Assembly (NCBI GenBank): GCA_038255145.1
Contig: JBBSLP010000020.1
Span: 3,986 to 67,985 of the forward strand
Origin: Acidimicrobiales bacterium
Lineage (GTDB): Bacteria; Actinomycetota; Acidimicrobiia; Acidimicrobiales; CAIXPF01
Direction of reading: 5' to 3'
DNA: 64,000 nt
In this document: in pieces, positions 1 to 9,408 of the stretch
Layout: each line of letters begins with the position of its first letter
How positions within the stretch are numbered: the stretch's first letter is position 1
Notes under the pieces: generated by a model
What the model was told of the DNA's origin: nothing
Seen by the model: only the letters and a program-made list of their open reading frames with translations
Databases searched by the model: none
Translations under genes and position numbers: made by a program

Positions 1-501
1 CTCGGCGGTGAGCAGCAGCGGCGGGATGCGCAGCCCCTCCTGGAACACCTCGGTGGCGTCGGCGGGCAGGCTGCCCGGCGCCGCCCCGCCCACATCGGCG
101 TGGTGGGCCCGGTTGGCGGCCCAGCCCACCAGGCGGCCGTCGACGAAGCACGGCGCCACCAGGGTGATGTCGTTCAGATGGGTGCCGCCGGCGAAGGGGT
201 CGTTGAGGATGACCTGGTCAAGGGCGGTGATGGTGGCCCCGAAGCGGTCGATGGCCGCGGCCACCGACGCAGGCATGGAGCCCAGGTGCACAGGGATGTT
301 CTCGGCCTGGACCAACAGCTCACCGTCGGCGGTGAAGAGCGCGCACGAACAGTCGGCCCGCTCCTTGATGTTGGGGCTGAAGCTGGCCCGGCGCAGCACC
401 GAGGACATTTCCTCGGCCATCCCCGCCAGCCGGGCCAGCAGCACCTGCAGGGAGGCGGCGTCGAGGCTGGGGGGTGGGGGGCTCATGGCGGTGGGGCTCA
501 T
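1..501 (-). CDS. hydantoinase B/oxoprolinase family protein (N-terminal part; gene runs off the window start)
   Basis: My own minus-strand translation from ATG 501-499 gives MSPTAMSPPPPSLDAASLQVLLARLAGMAEEMSSVLRRASFSPNIKERADCSCALF..., a HyuB-type N-terminus. The start forms an ATGA overlap with the stop of the upstream hyuA-like gene. Confidence 0.8.
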   Translation of the reverse strand, partial: MSPTAMSPPPPSLDAASLQVLLARLAGMAEEMSSVLRRASFSPNIKERADCSCALFTADGELLVQAENIPVHLGSMPASVAAAIDRFGATITALDQVILNDPFAGGTHLNDITLVAPCFVDGRLVGWAANRAHHADVGGAAPGSLPADATEVFQEGLRIPPLLLTAE

Positions 502-2330
502 GACCGTCGCAGCACCAGGGCGCCGGCCTGGCCGGGGACGGCCGTCCACCCCTCGGGCACCCAGATGGTGCAATCGGGTTCGACGAGCACGGCGGGCCCG
601 ATGGCCCCTGCCCTCGTCGGCGCCTCGAGCTCGTCGAGGGCGATGGGTGAGGGCCGCCGGGCCGACGCCCGCAGGGCCACGACCTCGATGGCCACGTCGT
701 CGAGGGCATAGCCGTTGCGGCGCTGGTGCTCGGTGGCGAATTCGCCCACCTTGGCCACCGTCAGCTCGTGGCTCTGGCCGGCATAGCGACAGTCCAACGT
801 CGTGCTGACCTCGGTAGCGGCGACGCTGTCCACACCTCCCACCAGGGCCGCGGCCTGGGAGCCCAACTGTTGGAGGGCGTCGTCGAGGCCTTCGTGGTCG
901 GCCAGCCCCGGCCACGAGCGCACCAGGTCGCGCTGGCGGGGAGCGGCGAGGATACCCGCGGCCGACAGCACCCCGGCCCGGGCGGGCACGACCACGGCCA
1001 CCATGTCGAGGGCGTCGGCGAGGGCACAGGCGTGCAGGGGCCCGGCACCCCCGAAGGCCACCAGGGCCAGCTGGCGGGGATCCACCCCCCGTTGCACGGA
1101 CACGTGGCGCAGGGCCAGCTCCATGTGGGCATCCACCACCTGGATCACGCCCTCGGCCGTCACCCCGGCGGCCTCCAGGGCGGCGCGGGCGGCGTCGATG
1201 TCGAGGACCCCCAGGTCGGGTAGGGCGGTGCCCTCGGGGATGCGGCCCAGGACCAGGTTGGCGTCGGTGACCGTGGGCTCGGTGCCGCCCCGGCCGTAGC
1301 ACGCCGGCCCCGGCTCCGAGCCCGCCGACCGGGGTCCCACGGCCAGGGCGCCACCGGCGTCGATGCGGGCGATGGAACCACCGCCGGCACCCACGGTGTG
1401 CACGTCGAGCGACGGCAGTCGCACCGGGTAGCCCCCCACGCTGCGCTGCCCGGCGGGCGCGGGCCGACCGTCCAGCACCAGGCACACGTCGGTCGACGTG
1501 CCCCCCATGTCGAAGGTCAGGGCGTCGTGGAAGCCGTTGGCCGCCGCCGCCGCCGCGGCCGCCCCCACCCCGCCAGCGGGACCGGACAGCAGCAGGGCTG
1601 CGGGCAGCTCGGCGGCCTCCTCCACTGGTACCAGGCCTCCGGCCGACGTCATGACCAGGACCTCGGCGGCCAGGCCGGCCAGGGAGCGCAGGTAGCTGCG
1701 GCACAGGGGACGTAGCGAGGCGTTGACCACGGTGGTGACCGTGCGCTCGTACTCGCGGTACTCGGGGGACACCTCGTGCGAGCAGCTGACGTCGAGCCCG
1801 GCCTCGCGCAGCACGGCGGCCACGGCCTGCTCGTGGTCGGGGTGCAGGTCGGCGTGGAGCAGGATCACGGCCACCGCCGGACCGCCACCGCCACCGCCGT
1901 CCCCGTCACCGCCGCTGACCAGGACCCGGGCCAGTTCGCCGACCCCGTCGAGGTCGGGGGCGGTGAGCACGGCACCGGTGGCGTCGACCCGTTCGACCAC
2001 GCCGTGGCGCTGGTCCCGGCCCACCAGGGGCGGAGGGCGGTCGGCGAAGGGGTCGTAGAGCGAGGGGCGGTCCTGGCGGGCGATCTCGATGACGTCCTCG
2101 AAGCCGGCCGTGGTCACCAGCGCGACGGACGCCCCGCGGCCTTCGAGCAGGGCGTTGGTGGCCACGGTGGTGCCGTGGGCCAGCACGTCGGGGCGATCGT
2201 GGCCCACGGCGTGCAGGGCGCGACCCACCGCGGTGGCCGGGTCGGTGCGGGTGGACAGCACCTTGGCCACGGTGCCGTCCTCGGCCACCACGTCGGTGAA
2301 CGTCCCGCCGCTGTCGGTGCCGACCCACAT
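498..2330 (-). CDS. hydantoinase/oxoprolinase A family protein (HyuA-like)
   Basis: The ORF is 610 aa. The MWVGTDSGGTFTDVV N-terminus and the internal FDMGGTSTDV motif are typical of the hydantoinase A/5-oxoprolinase family. Confidence 0.9.
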   Translation of the reverse strand: MWVGTDSGGTFTDVVAEDGTVAKVLSTRTDPATAVGRALHAVGHDRPDVLAHGTTVATNALLEGRGASVALVTTAGFEDVIEIARQDRPSLYDPFADRPPPLVGRDQRHGVVERVDATGAVLTAPDLDGVGELARVLVSGGDGDGGGGGGPAVAVILLHADLHPDHEQAVAAVLREAGLDVSCSHEVSPEYREYERTVTTVVNASLRPLCRSYLRSLAGLAAEVLVMTSAGGLVPVEEAAELPAALLLSGPAGGVGAAAAAAAANGFHDALTFDMGGTSTDVCLVLDGRPAPAGQRSVGGYPVRLPSLDVHTVGAGGGSIARIDAGGALAVGPRSAGSEPGPACYGRGGTEPTVTDANLVLGRIPEGTALPDLGVLDIDAARAALEAAGVTAEGVIQVVDAHMELALRHVSVQRGVDPRQLALVAFGGAGPLHACALADALDMVAVVVPARAGVLSAAGILAAPRQRDLVRSWPGLADHEGLDDALQQLGSQAAALVGGVDSVAATEVSTTLDCRYAGQSHELTVAKVGEFATEHQRRNGYALDDVAIEVVALRASARRPSPIALDELEAPTRAGAIGPAVLVEPDCTIWVPEGWTAVPGQAGALVLRRS

Positions 2331-2353
2331 GGCCGCCGACGGTACCGCGGCCC

Positions 2354-3895
2354 TCAGCCGAGGAGCGCGGCCGAGACCGACAACGCCGCGCCGATGGCGG
2401 TGACGTCGTCGACCGCCTCCAGTTGCAGCCCCACGGGCAGGGCCATGCCGGGAAGGGGCAGGCTCAGCGCAGGCAGGCCGGTCAGGTCGGCCAGGCGGGT
2501 GAAGGCCACCAGGCGCCCGGCGACGGCGGGGTCCTTCGCCTCGTCGAGGGTGGGGGCGACCATGGGGACGGTGGGGGTGAGCACGGCGTCCACCCCGGCC
2601 AGGGTGGCCAGGCAGCGGGCCCGGATGCGGAGCCGGGCAGCCCGGGCCCCCAGGTAGGTGGCGGGGCTGATGGCCGCACCCTGCACCAGGCGGTTGCGCA
2701 CGTCGGCGCCGTAGCGCTCACCCCGGGCGGCGAGCAGGTGGCGGTGGACCCGGGCCCCCTCGGCGAACATGATGGCCGTCGTCGCCGCGAAGACCTCCTC
2801 GCCACCGGGCCAGTCCACCTCGACGAGCTCGATGCCCGCGGCGCCCAAGGCCGCGAGGGCGGCGATCACGGCGTCGGCCACCGCGGCGTCGGCCACGTCG
2901 AGGGCGCCCCGGGCCACGCCGAGGCGGACGGCGGCCGGCGGGTGGCCGTGGGCCGGCAGCAGACCCAGCACCCGGGCCGGGGCCACCAGGGCGGCGGCAT
3001 CGGCCACCAGGTAGCCGATGTGGTCGAGGGTCGCCGACAGGGGGAAGGTGGCCTCGGTGGGCACCGCGCCCAGGGAGGGCTTGAAGCCGAGCACCCCGCA
3101 CAGGGCGGCGGGGATGCGCACCGACCCCCCGGTGTCGGTGCCCAGGGACAGATCGGCCTCACCGGCGGCGACGGCGGCGGCCGCGCCCGAGGAGGAACCC
3201 CCGGGGATGCGGCCGGGGGCGGCGGGGTTGGTGGGGTTGCCGTTGGCGTTGACGCCCGAGGCACCGAAGGCGAATTCGTGGAGGCGGGTGGCGCCGACGA
3301 CGACGGCCCCGGCATCACGCAGGGTGGTGACAACGGGGGCATCGTGGGGCTGGGGGCGGGCGTCGTCGCGGGCCCGTGACCCGGCCCGGATGGGCTGGCC
3401 GCCCACGGCGATGATGTCCTTGACGGCCAGGCGCCAGCCGTCGAGGGGTCCGTCGGGGGCGTCACCCCGGGGCTCGGCCACCCGCCACACCCAGGCCGAT
3501 CCCGGCTCCGGTCCCTCCCCACCGCGCCAGCCATCCCCACCGCGCCATCCATCCCCATCGCGCCAGCCATCCCCACCGCGCCAGCCATCCCCATCGGGCG
3601 AGCCGCCGCCCACGGGCGAGCCGCCGCCGACGAGCGATTCGTCGTCGATTCGCCGACCCCCATCCCCGGCCGGCGCCACGGTCCCGTCGAATCGACGTCG
3701 AATCGGCGGAACGGGTCCGGCCAGCGGGGCCCCGAGGTCGGCGGCGGGGACCGGGCCCTCATCGACGTCCAGCGCCCCCACCCCGGCCTCGACCCGAGCC
3801 ACCAGCTCAGCGAGGGTGTAGAGCAGGGTCGGTGGGACGCCTCCCGCGCCGCCCAACGATCCCACGGCGGCGGCCACGCGCTCGACAGCGTCCAC
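2354..3895 (-). CDS. amidase (amidase-signature family)
   Basis: The ORF is 513 aa and carries the amidase signature GGSSSGAAAAVAAGEADLSLGTDTGGSVRIPAALCG. The N-terminal part contains an in-frame repeat tract. Confidence 0.85.
   Translation of the reverse strand: MDAVERVAAAVGSLGGAGGVPPTLLYTLAELVARVEAGVGALDVDEGPVPAADLGAPLAGPVPPIRRRFDGTVAPAGDGGRRIDDESLVGGGSPVGGGSPDGDGWRGGDGWRDGDGWRGGDGWRGGEGPEPGSAWVWRVAEPRGDAPDGPLDGWRLAVKDIIAVGGQPIRAGSRARDDARPQPHDAPVVTTLRDAGAVVVGATRLHEFAFGASGVNANGNPTNPAAPGRIPGGSSSGAAAAVAAGEADLSLGTDTGGSVRIPAALCGVLGFKPSLGAVPTEATFPLSATLDHIGYLVADAAALVAPARVLGLLPAHGHPPAAVRLGVARGALDVADAAVADAVIAALAALGAAGIELVEVDWPGGEEVFAATTAIMFAEGARVHRHLLAARGERYGADVRNRLVQGAAISPATYLGARAARLRIRARCLATLAGVDAVLTPTVPMVAPTLDEAKDPAVAGRLVAFTRLADLTGLPALSLPLPGMALPVGLQLEAVDDVTAIGAALSVSAALLG
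3521..3631. repeat. in-frame tandem repeats inside the amidase gene (4 x 18 bp, then 2 x 18 bp)
   Basis: The plus strand has the units accgcgccagccatcccc / accgcgccatccatcccc / atcgcgccagccatcccc / accgcgccagccatcccc (3521-3592), encoding GDGWR(G/D) x4. These are followed by gggcgagccgccgcccac / gggcgagccgccgccgac (3596-3631), encoding VGGGSP x2. Confidence 0.9.
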
Positions 3896-3955
3896 GGCGG
3901 GACGATAGGCGACGATCGGCAGGATCCGGGCCTCGACGTACTACCGTCGGGGCCC

Positions 3956-4672
3956 ATGGGCAGCGTCGGCGGACAGGGAACCTCGGGAGAGCCGGGGAGG
4001 GTCACCGCCCACCGCGCCGCCTCGCCTTCGCCCGTTACTGAACGCGGTCGGCGAACCCGGGCTGCCCTGGTCGGCGCTGCCGGCCGGGTTTTCTCCGAGC
4101 GGGGCTACCACGACGCCACCGTCGGTGACATCACCAGCGCCGCCGACGTGGCCCACGGCACCTTCTACACGTACTTCGACTCCAAGCGGGACCTTTTCCG
4201 CGAGGTGGTCGAGGCCGTGGTGGCCGACTTCCAGGAAGAGGACCGCTCCACCCCCCGCCAGGGTGACGACCCCTACTCGGGCATCGAGGCCGGCAACCGG
4301 GGCTACCTGCGGGCCTACGCCCGCAACGCCCCCCTCATGGGTGTCCTGGAGCAGGTGGCCATCGCCGATCCCGACCTGCGCGACATCCGCTTCGAGGCCC
4401 GCCGCTACTGGGTCATCCGCGCCGCCAAGCGCTTCGACCGCTGGAAGGCCGAGGGCGTCATCCGTCCCGAGGTCGACACCCAGTACGCCGCCAACGCCCT
4501 CGGCGCCATGGTCGACCGCTGTGCCCTGCTGTGGTTCGTGCTCGGCGAGAAGGGCTACGACGAGGAGCGGGCCGTCACCGCCCTCACCGACCTCTACGCC
4601 CACGCCCTGGGCCTACCCGAACGGGTCACGGCCGAGATGGACGTGCCCACCGGCAGCGGCGGCATCGGCTGA
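3956..4672 (+). CDS. TetR/AcrR family transcriptional regulator
   Basis: The ORF is 238 aa with an HTH region RTRAALVGAAGRVFSERGYHDATVGDITSAADVAHGTFYTYFDSKRDLF. It is divergent from the amidase. The exact start is uncertain. Confidence 0.85.
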   Translation: MGSVGGQGTSGEPGRVTAHRAASPSPVTERGRRTRAALVGAAGRVFSERGYHDATVGDITSAADVAHGTFYTYFDSKRDLFREVVEAVVADFQEEDRSTPRQGDDPYSGIEAGNRGYLRAYARNAPLMGVLEQVAIADPDLRDIRFEARRYWVIRAAKRFDRWKAEGVIRPEVDTQYAANALGAMVDRCALLWFVLGEKGYDEERAVTALTDLYAHALGLPERVTAEMDVPTGSGGIG

Positions 4673-4677
4673 GCGGC

Positions 4678-5292
4678 GTGGCCGGCCCGGGCCATCCCGC
4701 CCCCGGCGGACAGGCTGCCTTTCCCATCACGTCGGATGCCGCAGCCAACGAACTGCTGGTCACCGATCCGTTCGCCCTGATCGTGGGCATGCTGTTCGAC
4801 CAGCAGGTGGCCATCGAGTGGGCCTTCTACGCCCCGTTCCGGCTCCGGCAACGCCTGGGCGACCGCTTCACCCCCGGGGCCATCGCCGCCATGGACCCCG
4901 ACGAGCTCGTCGCCGTGAGCGTGGCCAAGCCCGCCGTGCACCGCTACCCCGCGGCCATGGCCCGACGCCTCCAGGCCCTGGCCCAGGACCTGGTCGCGCA
5001 CCACGACGGGGACACGGCCAGCCTGTGGCGCGACGTGGACGACGGTGCCACCCTCCACGGGCGCCTGGCCACGCTTCCCGGCTTCGGCGACGAGAAGGTG
5101 CGCATCTTCGTCGCCCTGTTGGGCAAGCGCTTCGGCGTCCGACCTCCGGGGTGGGAGGACGCGTGTGCCCCCTTCGCCGACGACCAGCCCCGATCGGCGG
5201 CCGACGTGGGCAGCCGTGCCGAGTTCGAGCGGGTCAAGGCGTGGAAGCGGGACATGCGGGCCAAGGGTCGGGGCAAGGCCGACACCCCCTGA
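4678..5292 (+). CDS. HhH-GPD family (base-excision-repair-like) protein
   Basis: This is the C-terminal 204 codons of ORF 4531..5292 (FPITSDAAANELLVTDPFALIVGMLFDQQV...LPGFGDEKVRIFVALLGK). I start it at the in-frame GTG 4678, just after the TetR stop. The sequence upstream is R/G-rich and overlaps the TetR gene. Confidence 0.7.
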   Translation: MAGPGHPAPGGQAAFPITSDAAANELLVTDPFALIVGMLFDQQVAIEWAFYAPFRLRQRLGDRFTPGAIAAMDPDELVAVSVAKPAVHRYPAAMARRLQALAQDLVAHHDGDTASLWRDVDDGATLHGRLATLPGFGDEKVRIFVALLGKRFGVRPPGWEDACAPFADDQPRSAADVGSRAEFERVKAWKRDMRAKGRGKADTP

Positions 5293-5343
5293 GCCGACGC
5301 GGCCGACGGCGCCGACGGGGCCGACGGGCCCATGGACCTGCGG

Positions 5344-6117
5344 TCAGCCCCCGGACGCGGCCTGGTGCCGGCCCCACTGGCGGTCCAGCCAGCCGATGAG
5401 GACGGCCACGGCCCGGGGGTCGAGGTGCAGGTCGTGGCTGGCCCCGGTCACGATGCGCAGCTCGGCGGCGCCGTGGGCGTCGGCCAGGATGCGGGCGTCG
5501 AGCACGGGGACGTTCTTGTCGTCCGAACCGTGCACCACCATCAGGGGCCGCGGCGCCAGGGTCTCGGCGCAGGTCACGGCGCGGATGGCCCGCAGCTCGG
5601 CCGACCACACCTCGAGGCGGGCGGGGAAGCCCGCGGTGGTGATGGCCCCCACCTCGCGGGAGAACTCCCGCAGCCGGCGGGGGTGGCTGGCCCAGTCGTC
5701 GAAGTCGGCGGGGGCGGCCATGGTGGCCACGCCGAGCACGGCGGGGTCGTTGGCCGCCGCGCACACGGCCAGACCGCCCCCGGTGCCGAAGCCGGTCAAC
5801 CAGGTGCCGACCACGTCGGGCTGACGGCGCAGCTCGTGGGTGGCCGCGCCGATGTCCTCCAACCAGCCGGCCAGGGAGAAGTCTCCTTCCGACGCGCCGC
5901 AGCCCCGGAACGAGAAGCTGAGCACCACCCACCCCAGGGCGTCAGCGATGCGCTGGGACAGGGTGGGCAGGGTCGAACCCACCACCGCGGCCCCGCCCAC
6001 GGCCTGGGGGAAGCCATGGCACAACACGACGCCGGGCCGGGTGCGGCTGGCTCCCGCCGGGCGGGCGAGGTGGCCGGCGAGGCGCAGCCCCCCGGCCTCG
6101 AACCACAGTTCCTCCAC
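5344..6117 (-). CDS. alpha/beta hydrolase
   Basis: The ORF is 257 aa. It has VVLCHGFP, a nucleophile-elbow-like GFGTGGG, and C-terminal VVHGSDD...SHDL elements. The GTG start lies 1 nt after the stop of the upstream small ORF. Confidence 0.8.
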   Translation of the reverse strand: MEELWFEAGGLRLAGHLARPAGASRTRPGVVLCHGFPQAVGGAAVVGSTLPTLSQRIADALGWVVLSFSFRGCGASEGDFSLAGWLEDIGAATHELRRQPDVVGTWLTGFGTGGGLAVCAAANDPAVLGVATMAAPADFDDWASHPRRLREFSREVGAITTAGFPARLEVWSAELRAIRAVTCAETLAPRPLMVVHGSDDKNVPVLDARILADAHGAAELRIVTGASHDLHLDPRAVAVLIGWLDRQWGRHQAASGG

Positions 6118-6118
6118 C

Positions 6119-6334
6119 TCAGTCGGCGAGGTGGCGTTGGCGCGCCCACAGCTTGTACCCGCGGTTGCGGGCCTCGGCCAGGGTGTCGGGGCCGAAGCAG
6201 ATGTAGGCCTCGGAAGCCATCAGCTCCTCGATGACCGGCGCCTGGGACTCGTCGAGCGCATCGACGTCGTAGACGCGCTGGATGCGCTTGTCCCCGACGT
6301 AGCGGTGGTGCTCGAACCGGGTGGGGCGTTCCAT
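6119..6334 (-). CDS. small conserved-looking hypothetical protein (71 aa)
   Basis: The sequence is MERPTRFEHHRYVGDKRIQRVYDVDALDESQAPVIEELMASEAYICFGPDTLAEARNRGYKLWARQRHLAD. It has G/C-ending codons, unlike the in-frame sequence upstream. I do not recognise a family. Confidence 0.6.
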   Translation of the reverse strand: MERPTRFEHHRYVGDKRIQRVYDVDALDESQAPVIEELMASEAYICFGPDTLAEARNRGYKLWARQRHLAD

Positions 6335-6640
6335 CGCTTCGATGTGTAGCACGGGGCGTGGCGACAGACCCAGCCAAGGTGCCCGGGTCCGGACGCGAAC
6401 GAGAGGAGGCCGAAGCCTCCTCTCGCCCGAATTGTTGAACTTCACTGGTTGACGTCGGCTGGTGTTTGGTTGCGTCGGGCGGGACCGGACCCGACCACCA
6501 GGTGTCGACGCGGGCGCTGGCTGGGTTTCGCCAACTGGTCCAGCAAGCCGTCTAGCGGCCAGCGACCTCCGAGATCCCAAGACTTCTACCGTGCAGTTGG
6601 ACCACCTCCTTCCTTCGGTATGGATCATCCAAGCACACCT
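6335..6640 (-). other. long structured non-coding leader or candidate cis-regulatory RNA upstream of the small ORF + hydrolase pair
   Basis: The region is in frame with the 71-aa ORF but is full of codons that are rare here (gga, agg, gta, ttg, tct, aga, ctt, cca, aat, cta). It contains a perfect 10-bp hairpin at 6401-6424 whose minus-strand loop is UUCG. Several further helices can be drawn by eye. Confidence 0.3.
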
Positions 6641-6916
6641 CCGCCGCTACGGCGACACCTTTCCTGACCGTTCTGTGGCCCGTTCACGATCCCGACACAG
6701 AAGGGTCGGCGAAGGCCGACGTCAGGCCGTCGAGCGGCCGTGGCGCGGCGGCGGAGGGTCCCGGGAGTTGTGGGGGGGTGGCCGTCGGGCCTGCGGAGGA
6801 CGGCGCTAGCGTGACTCCGACCCGGAGCCCGGCCCATCGCTGGTCGGGCCACAGCGGCCGCGGTTGCCACGGCATCCGGCGGCCCCACGTCCCCGTCCCC
6901 GTCAGCAGCGAGAGTC

Positions 6917-8698
6917 TTGGGCGCCACCGGAAAACGCATCACCCTTCCCATCTCTGCCGTCGTGGGCATCATCGCCCTCGTGGTGGTCGCCATCGGTGCC
7001 GCCGGCGCCTTTACGCTGGCCCGTGGGGGTGGGTCGGCCGCCTACGAGGTGGACATGTCCATGTCCGAGCCGACCCGGGCCAACCGCCTCCTGCCGGAAG
7101 CGGTGACCTGCCCCACCGGTGGTCGCTTCGACGGCGAGCCCGACGCCGCTCCCCTGCCCGGGGCCAGCTACGCCCCCACGGACAAGACGCTCGACGCCAA
7201 CTTCGCCCCCGGCCAGGTCGTGGCCTTCCAGTACGCCGTGCGCGTCGGCGCCGACGCCCCACCCAACGGCGCTCTCGACCTCGAGCTGGCCTTCCCCAAG
7301 GCCACGTCCCGCCAGATGGGCTTCGACCCCGACCGCAACGTGATCTGCGCCTTCGTCGACTCGAGCGACCCCGCCTACCGCGGCGGTGACGAGTCGGCGG
7401 TGGCCAAGGCCCAGGTCCAGGACCTGCCGGCCACCCCGGAGTCCATCCGCACCCAGCTGGCCGTGACCGGGCTCGACCCCAACGACCGCGTCGTGGTAGA
7501 GCTGTGGGTGGTCACCCCCCGGGGCATCCCCGAGACCAGCCCCACGCTCGAGACCACCATCACCAGCGCCGAGGCCGACAAAGATGCCGGGGTCAAGCTG
7601 GTGCGCGACACCGTCGCCTTCCGCATCAACTTCTTCGACCGCAGCGAGCAGCCCGTCCTCACCCTCGACGTGAACGACACCCCGCCCGAGGGCGCCAGCC
7701 GCACCGATCGCGTCGACTACAACCTCACCGTCACCACCACCTCCAAGGAGGCCCTGGCCCCTGCAGCCCGCCTCGACACCTACCTCGATTCCCAGCTCAC
7801 CCTGGCCGCAGTGACGCCCGCCGACCAGGAAGGGGCGGCGACGACGTGCGTCAAGAGCGAGAAGGGCTTCGCCTGTGACCTGGGGTTCGTCAACCCCGGC
7901 GAGGTCGTGCACATCACCGTGCAGACGGCCCTGAAGCCCGAGGCCGAGCGGCGCTTCACCAAGGAGGACCGGGGCTGCGAGGGCGAGAACGTCGACGTGT
8001 GCAGCCGCATGGTCCTGGCCTGGTTCCGCACCGCCGAGGCCCAGGACTCCATCACCTGGGAAGAGCCCAGCGACATCCCCGACACCGAGCCGCTGTCGAT
8101 CCTCAAGCTGGCCCCCAAGGCGCCCTACGCGTACCCCGGTTCCAAGGTCGACTTCACCTACCAGGTGTCCGACGCCGGCACGGGCAGCTACAGCCGCCTG
8201 CTGGTCACCGACACCGCCTGCACCCCCGTGATCTACGTGTCCGGCGACCTGAACGGGAACGGCACGCTCGATCCCAAGGAGACCTGGACCTACAGCTGCA
8301 CCGTGCCGGCCATGACCGAGGAGACGTCGCGGGGTGACTCGCGGGTCGAGGCCCTGACCGACGTGGGCATACCCGTCACCGACACGGTGTCGACCAAGAT
8401 CACCCTCATCGCCCCGAGCCTGGCCGTCGACGTGCAGGCCCTGGTCAACGACCCCGGCTCCCGCTCGATCGTGGTCACCAACACCGGGGACACCCCGTTG
8501 ACCAACCTGGCCCTGGCCGCCACCGGCTGCGCCCAGCCTCCGACGCTCGACGGAGCGGTGAGCGGCGAGGTGCTGGACACGGGCTCGTCGTGGTCCTACC
8601 TGTGCCCGGCCGAACCCGCCCAGGTGGTCAGCATCCGGGCCTACGCCGCGGACCCGTTGGAGAACGCCGTCACCATGGTGGCCACCTCCACGAGCTGA
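6917..8698 (+). CDS. membrane-anchored/secreted repeat protein with DUF11/CARDB-like beta-sandwich repeats
   Basis: The ORF is 593 aa with an N-terminal TM segment (ISAVVGIIALVVVAIGAAGAF). It has repeated modules such as YNLTVTTTS...GEVVHITVQT, KVDFTYQVSDAGTGSY...ETWTYSC and SIVVTNTGDTPLTNL. The start (TTG 6917 in the track) is uncertain. Confidence 0.65.
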   Translation: MGATGKRITLPISAVVGIIALVVVAIGAAGAFTLARGGGSAAYEVDMSMSEPTRANRLLPEAVTCPTGGRFDGEPDAAPLPGASYAPTDKTLDANFAPGQVVAFQYAVRVGADAPPNGALDLELAFPKATSRQMGFDPDRNVICAFVDSSDPAYRGGDESAVAKAQVQDLPATPESIRTQLAVTGLDPNDRVVVELWVVTPRGIPETSPTLETTITSAEADKDAGVKLVRDTVAFRINFFDRSEQPVLTLDVNDTPPEGASRTDRVDYNLTVTTTSKEALAPAARLDTYLDSQLTLAAVTPADQEGAATTCVKSEKGFACDLGFVNPGEVVHITVQTALKPEAERRFTKEDRGCEGENVDVCSRMVLAWFRTAEAQDSITWEEPSDIPDTEPLSILKLAPKAPYAYPGSKVDFTYQVSDAGTGSYSRLLVTDTACTPVIYVSGDLNGNGTLDPKETWTYSCTVPAMTEETSRGDSRVEALTDVGIPVTDTVSTKITLIAPSLAVDVQALVNDPGSRSIVVTNTGDTPLTNLALAATGCAQPPTLDGAVSGEVLDTGSSWSYLCPAEPAQVVSIRAYAADPLENAVTMVATSTS

Positions 8699-8716
8699 GG
8701 GCCGCTCGGGCCTGGC

Positions 8717-9304
8717 TCAGCCGGCGTCCTTGTCACCGTCACCGGGGCCGGGGCCGACCTCGGGCCGGAGCTCGTCGGTGGCCGGAGCCTCGATGGCCCG
8801 CTGCTCGGCCTCGAGCTGTTGGAGGTCGGGGCCGTCGACCTCGGCCACGGCGCCGATGGCCTCGAAGTAGGCCAGGTGGCCGGCGATGACCTCCTCGACC
8901 TGCCGCCGCGACGGGTAGTGCGACGCCAGACCGGCCCGCCACTGCACGTAGCGCACGACGTCGTCGGGGTTGACCACGGTGACGCCCGGCGCTTGCTGGA
9001 GGTCCCCCCCGCTACGGGCGATGCCCTGTTCGTGCAGGTAGTCGATGTGCAACCGCATGATGCGCTGCACCTCCTCGTAGGCCAGCTCGGCGGTGAGATC
9101 GTCGGGTAGGGCCTGGGCCACGAACTCGAGGGCCTCGTCCTGTTCGAACACCTGCCGGGGCGGTTCGACCCGCAGCCGTCCCACCACCCCGCCCACGGTG
9201 AGCAGGGCGATGACGACCACGAGGACGACACCGACGACGAGGGCGACCACGAGCAGCACCCGCACAGGGTGGCTCGCCCGTGCCCACCAGGGCAACGCAG
9301 GCAC
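8717..9304 (-). CDS. hypothetical membrane protein
   Basis: The ORF is 195 aa with one clear TM helix (VRVLLVVALVVGVVLVVVIALLTVGGVV), then an acidic soluble domain. Codon usage is G/C-ending. Confidence 0.6.
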   Translation of the reverse strand: MPALPWWARASHPVRVLLVVALVVGVVLVVVIALLTVGGVVGRLRVEPPRQVFEQDEALEFVAQALPDDLTAELAYEEVQRIMRLHIDYLHEQGIARSGGDLQQAPGVTVVNPDDVVRYVQWRAGLASHYPSRRQVEEVIAGHLAYFEAIGAVAEVDGPDLQQLEAEQRAIEAPATDELRPEVGPGPGDGDKDAG

Positions 9305-9408
9305 GACGCGACGCGGAACGGGCCCGCCCCCCGGTGGGGAGGACGGACCCGTTCAGTCGGTCGTGGCAGGTTCCTGCCGATCGGCCGCAGGGCGGCCGGG
9401 GCGCTGGC

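Noticed and set aside
6591-6614. A plus-strand match to the 16S rRNA 3' end (gtgcagttggaccacctccttcct versus ...GTGCGGCTGGATCACCTCCTTTCT)
   Set aside because: Only ~20 of 24 nt match and nothing upstream resembles helix 45 or the rest of 16S. It is not an rRNA gene or fragment. I treated it as the complement of a strong SD-like element within the leader finding.
6335-6628. An N-terminal extension of the 71-aa protein to the full 169-aa ORF
   Set aside because: The extension uses many A/T-ending and rare codons, is Arg/Pro/Ser-rich, and contains a perfect stable hairpin. It is much more consistent with non-coding RNA.
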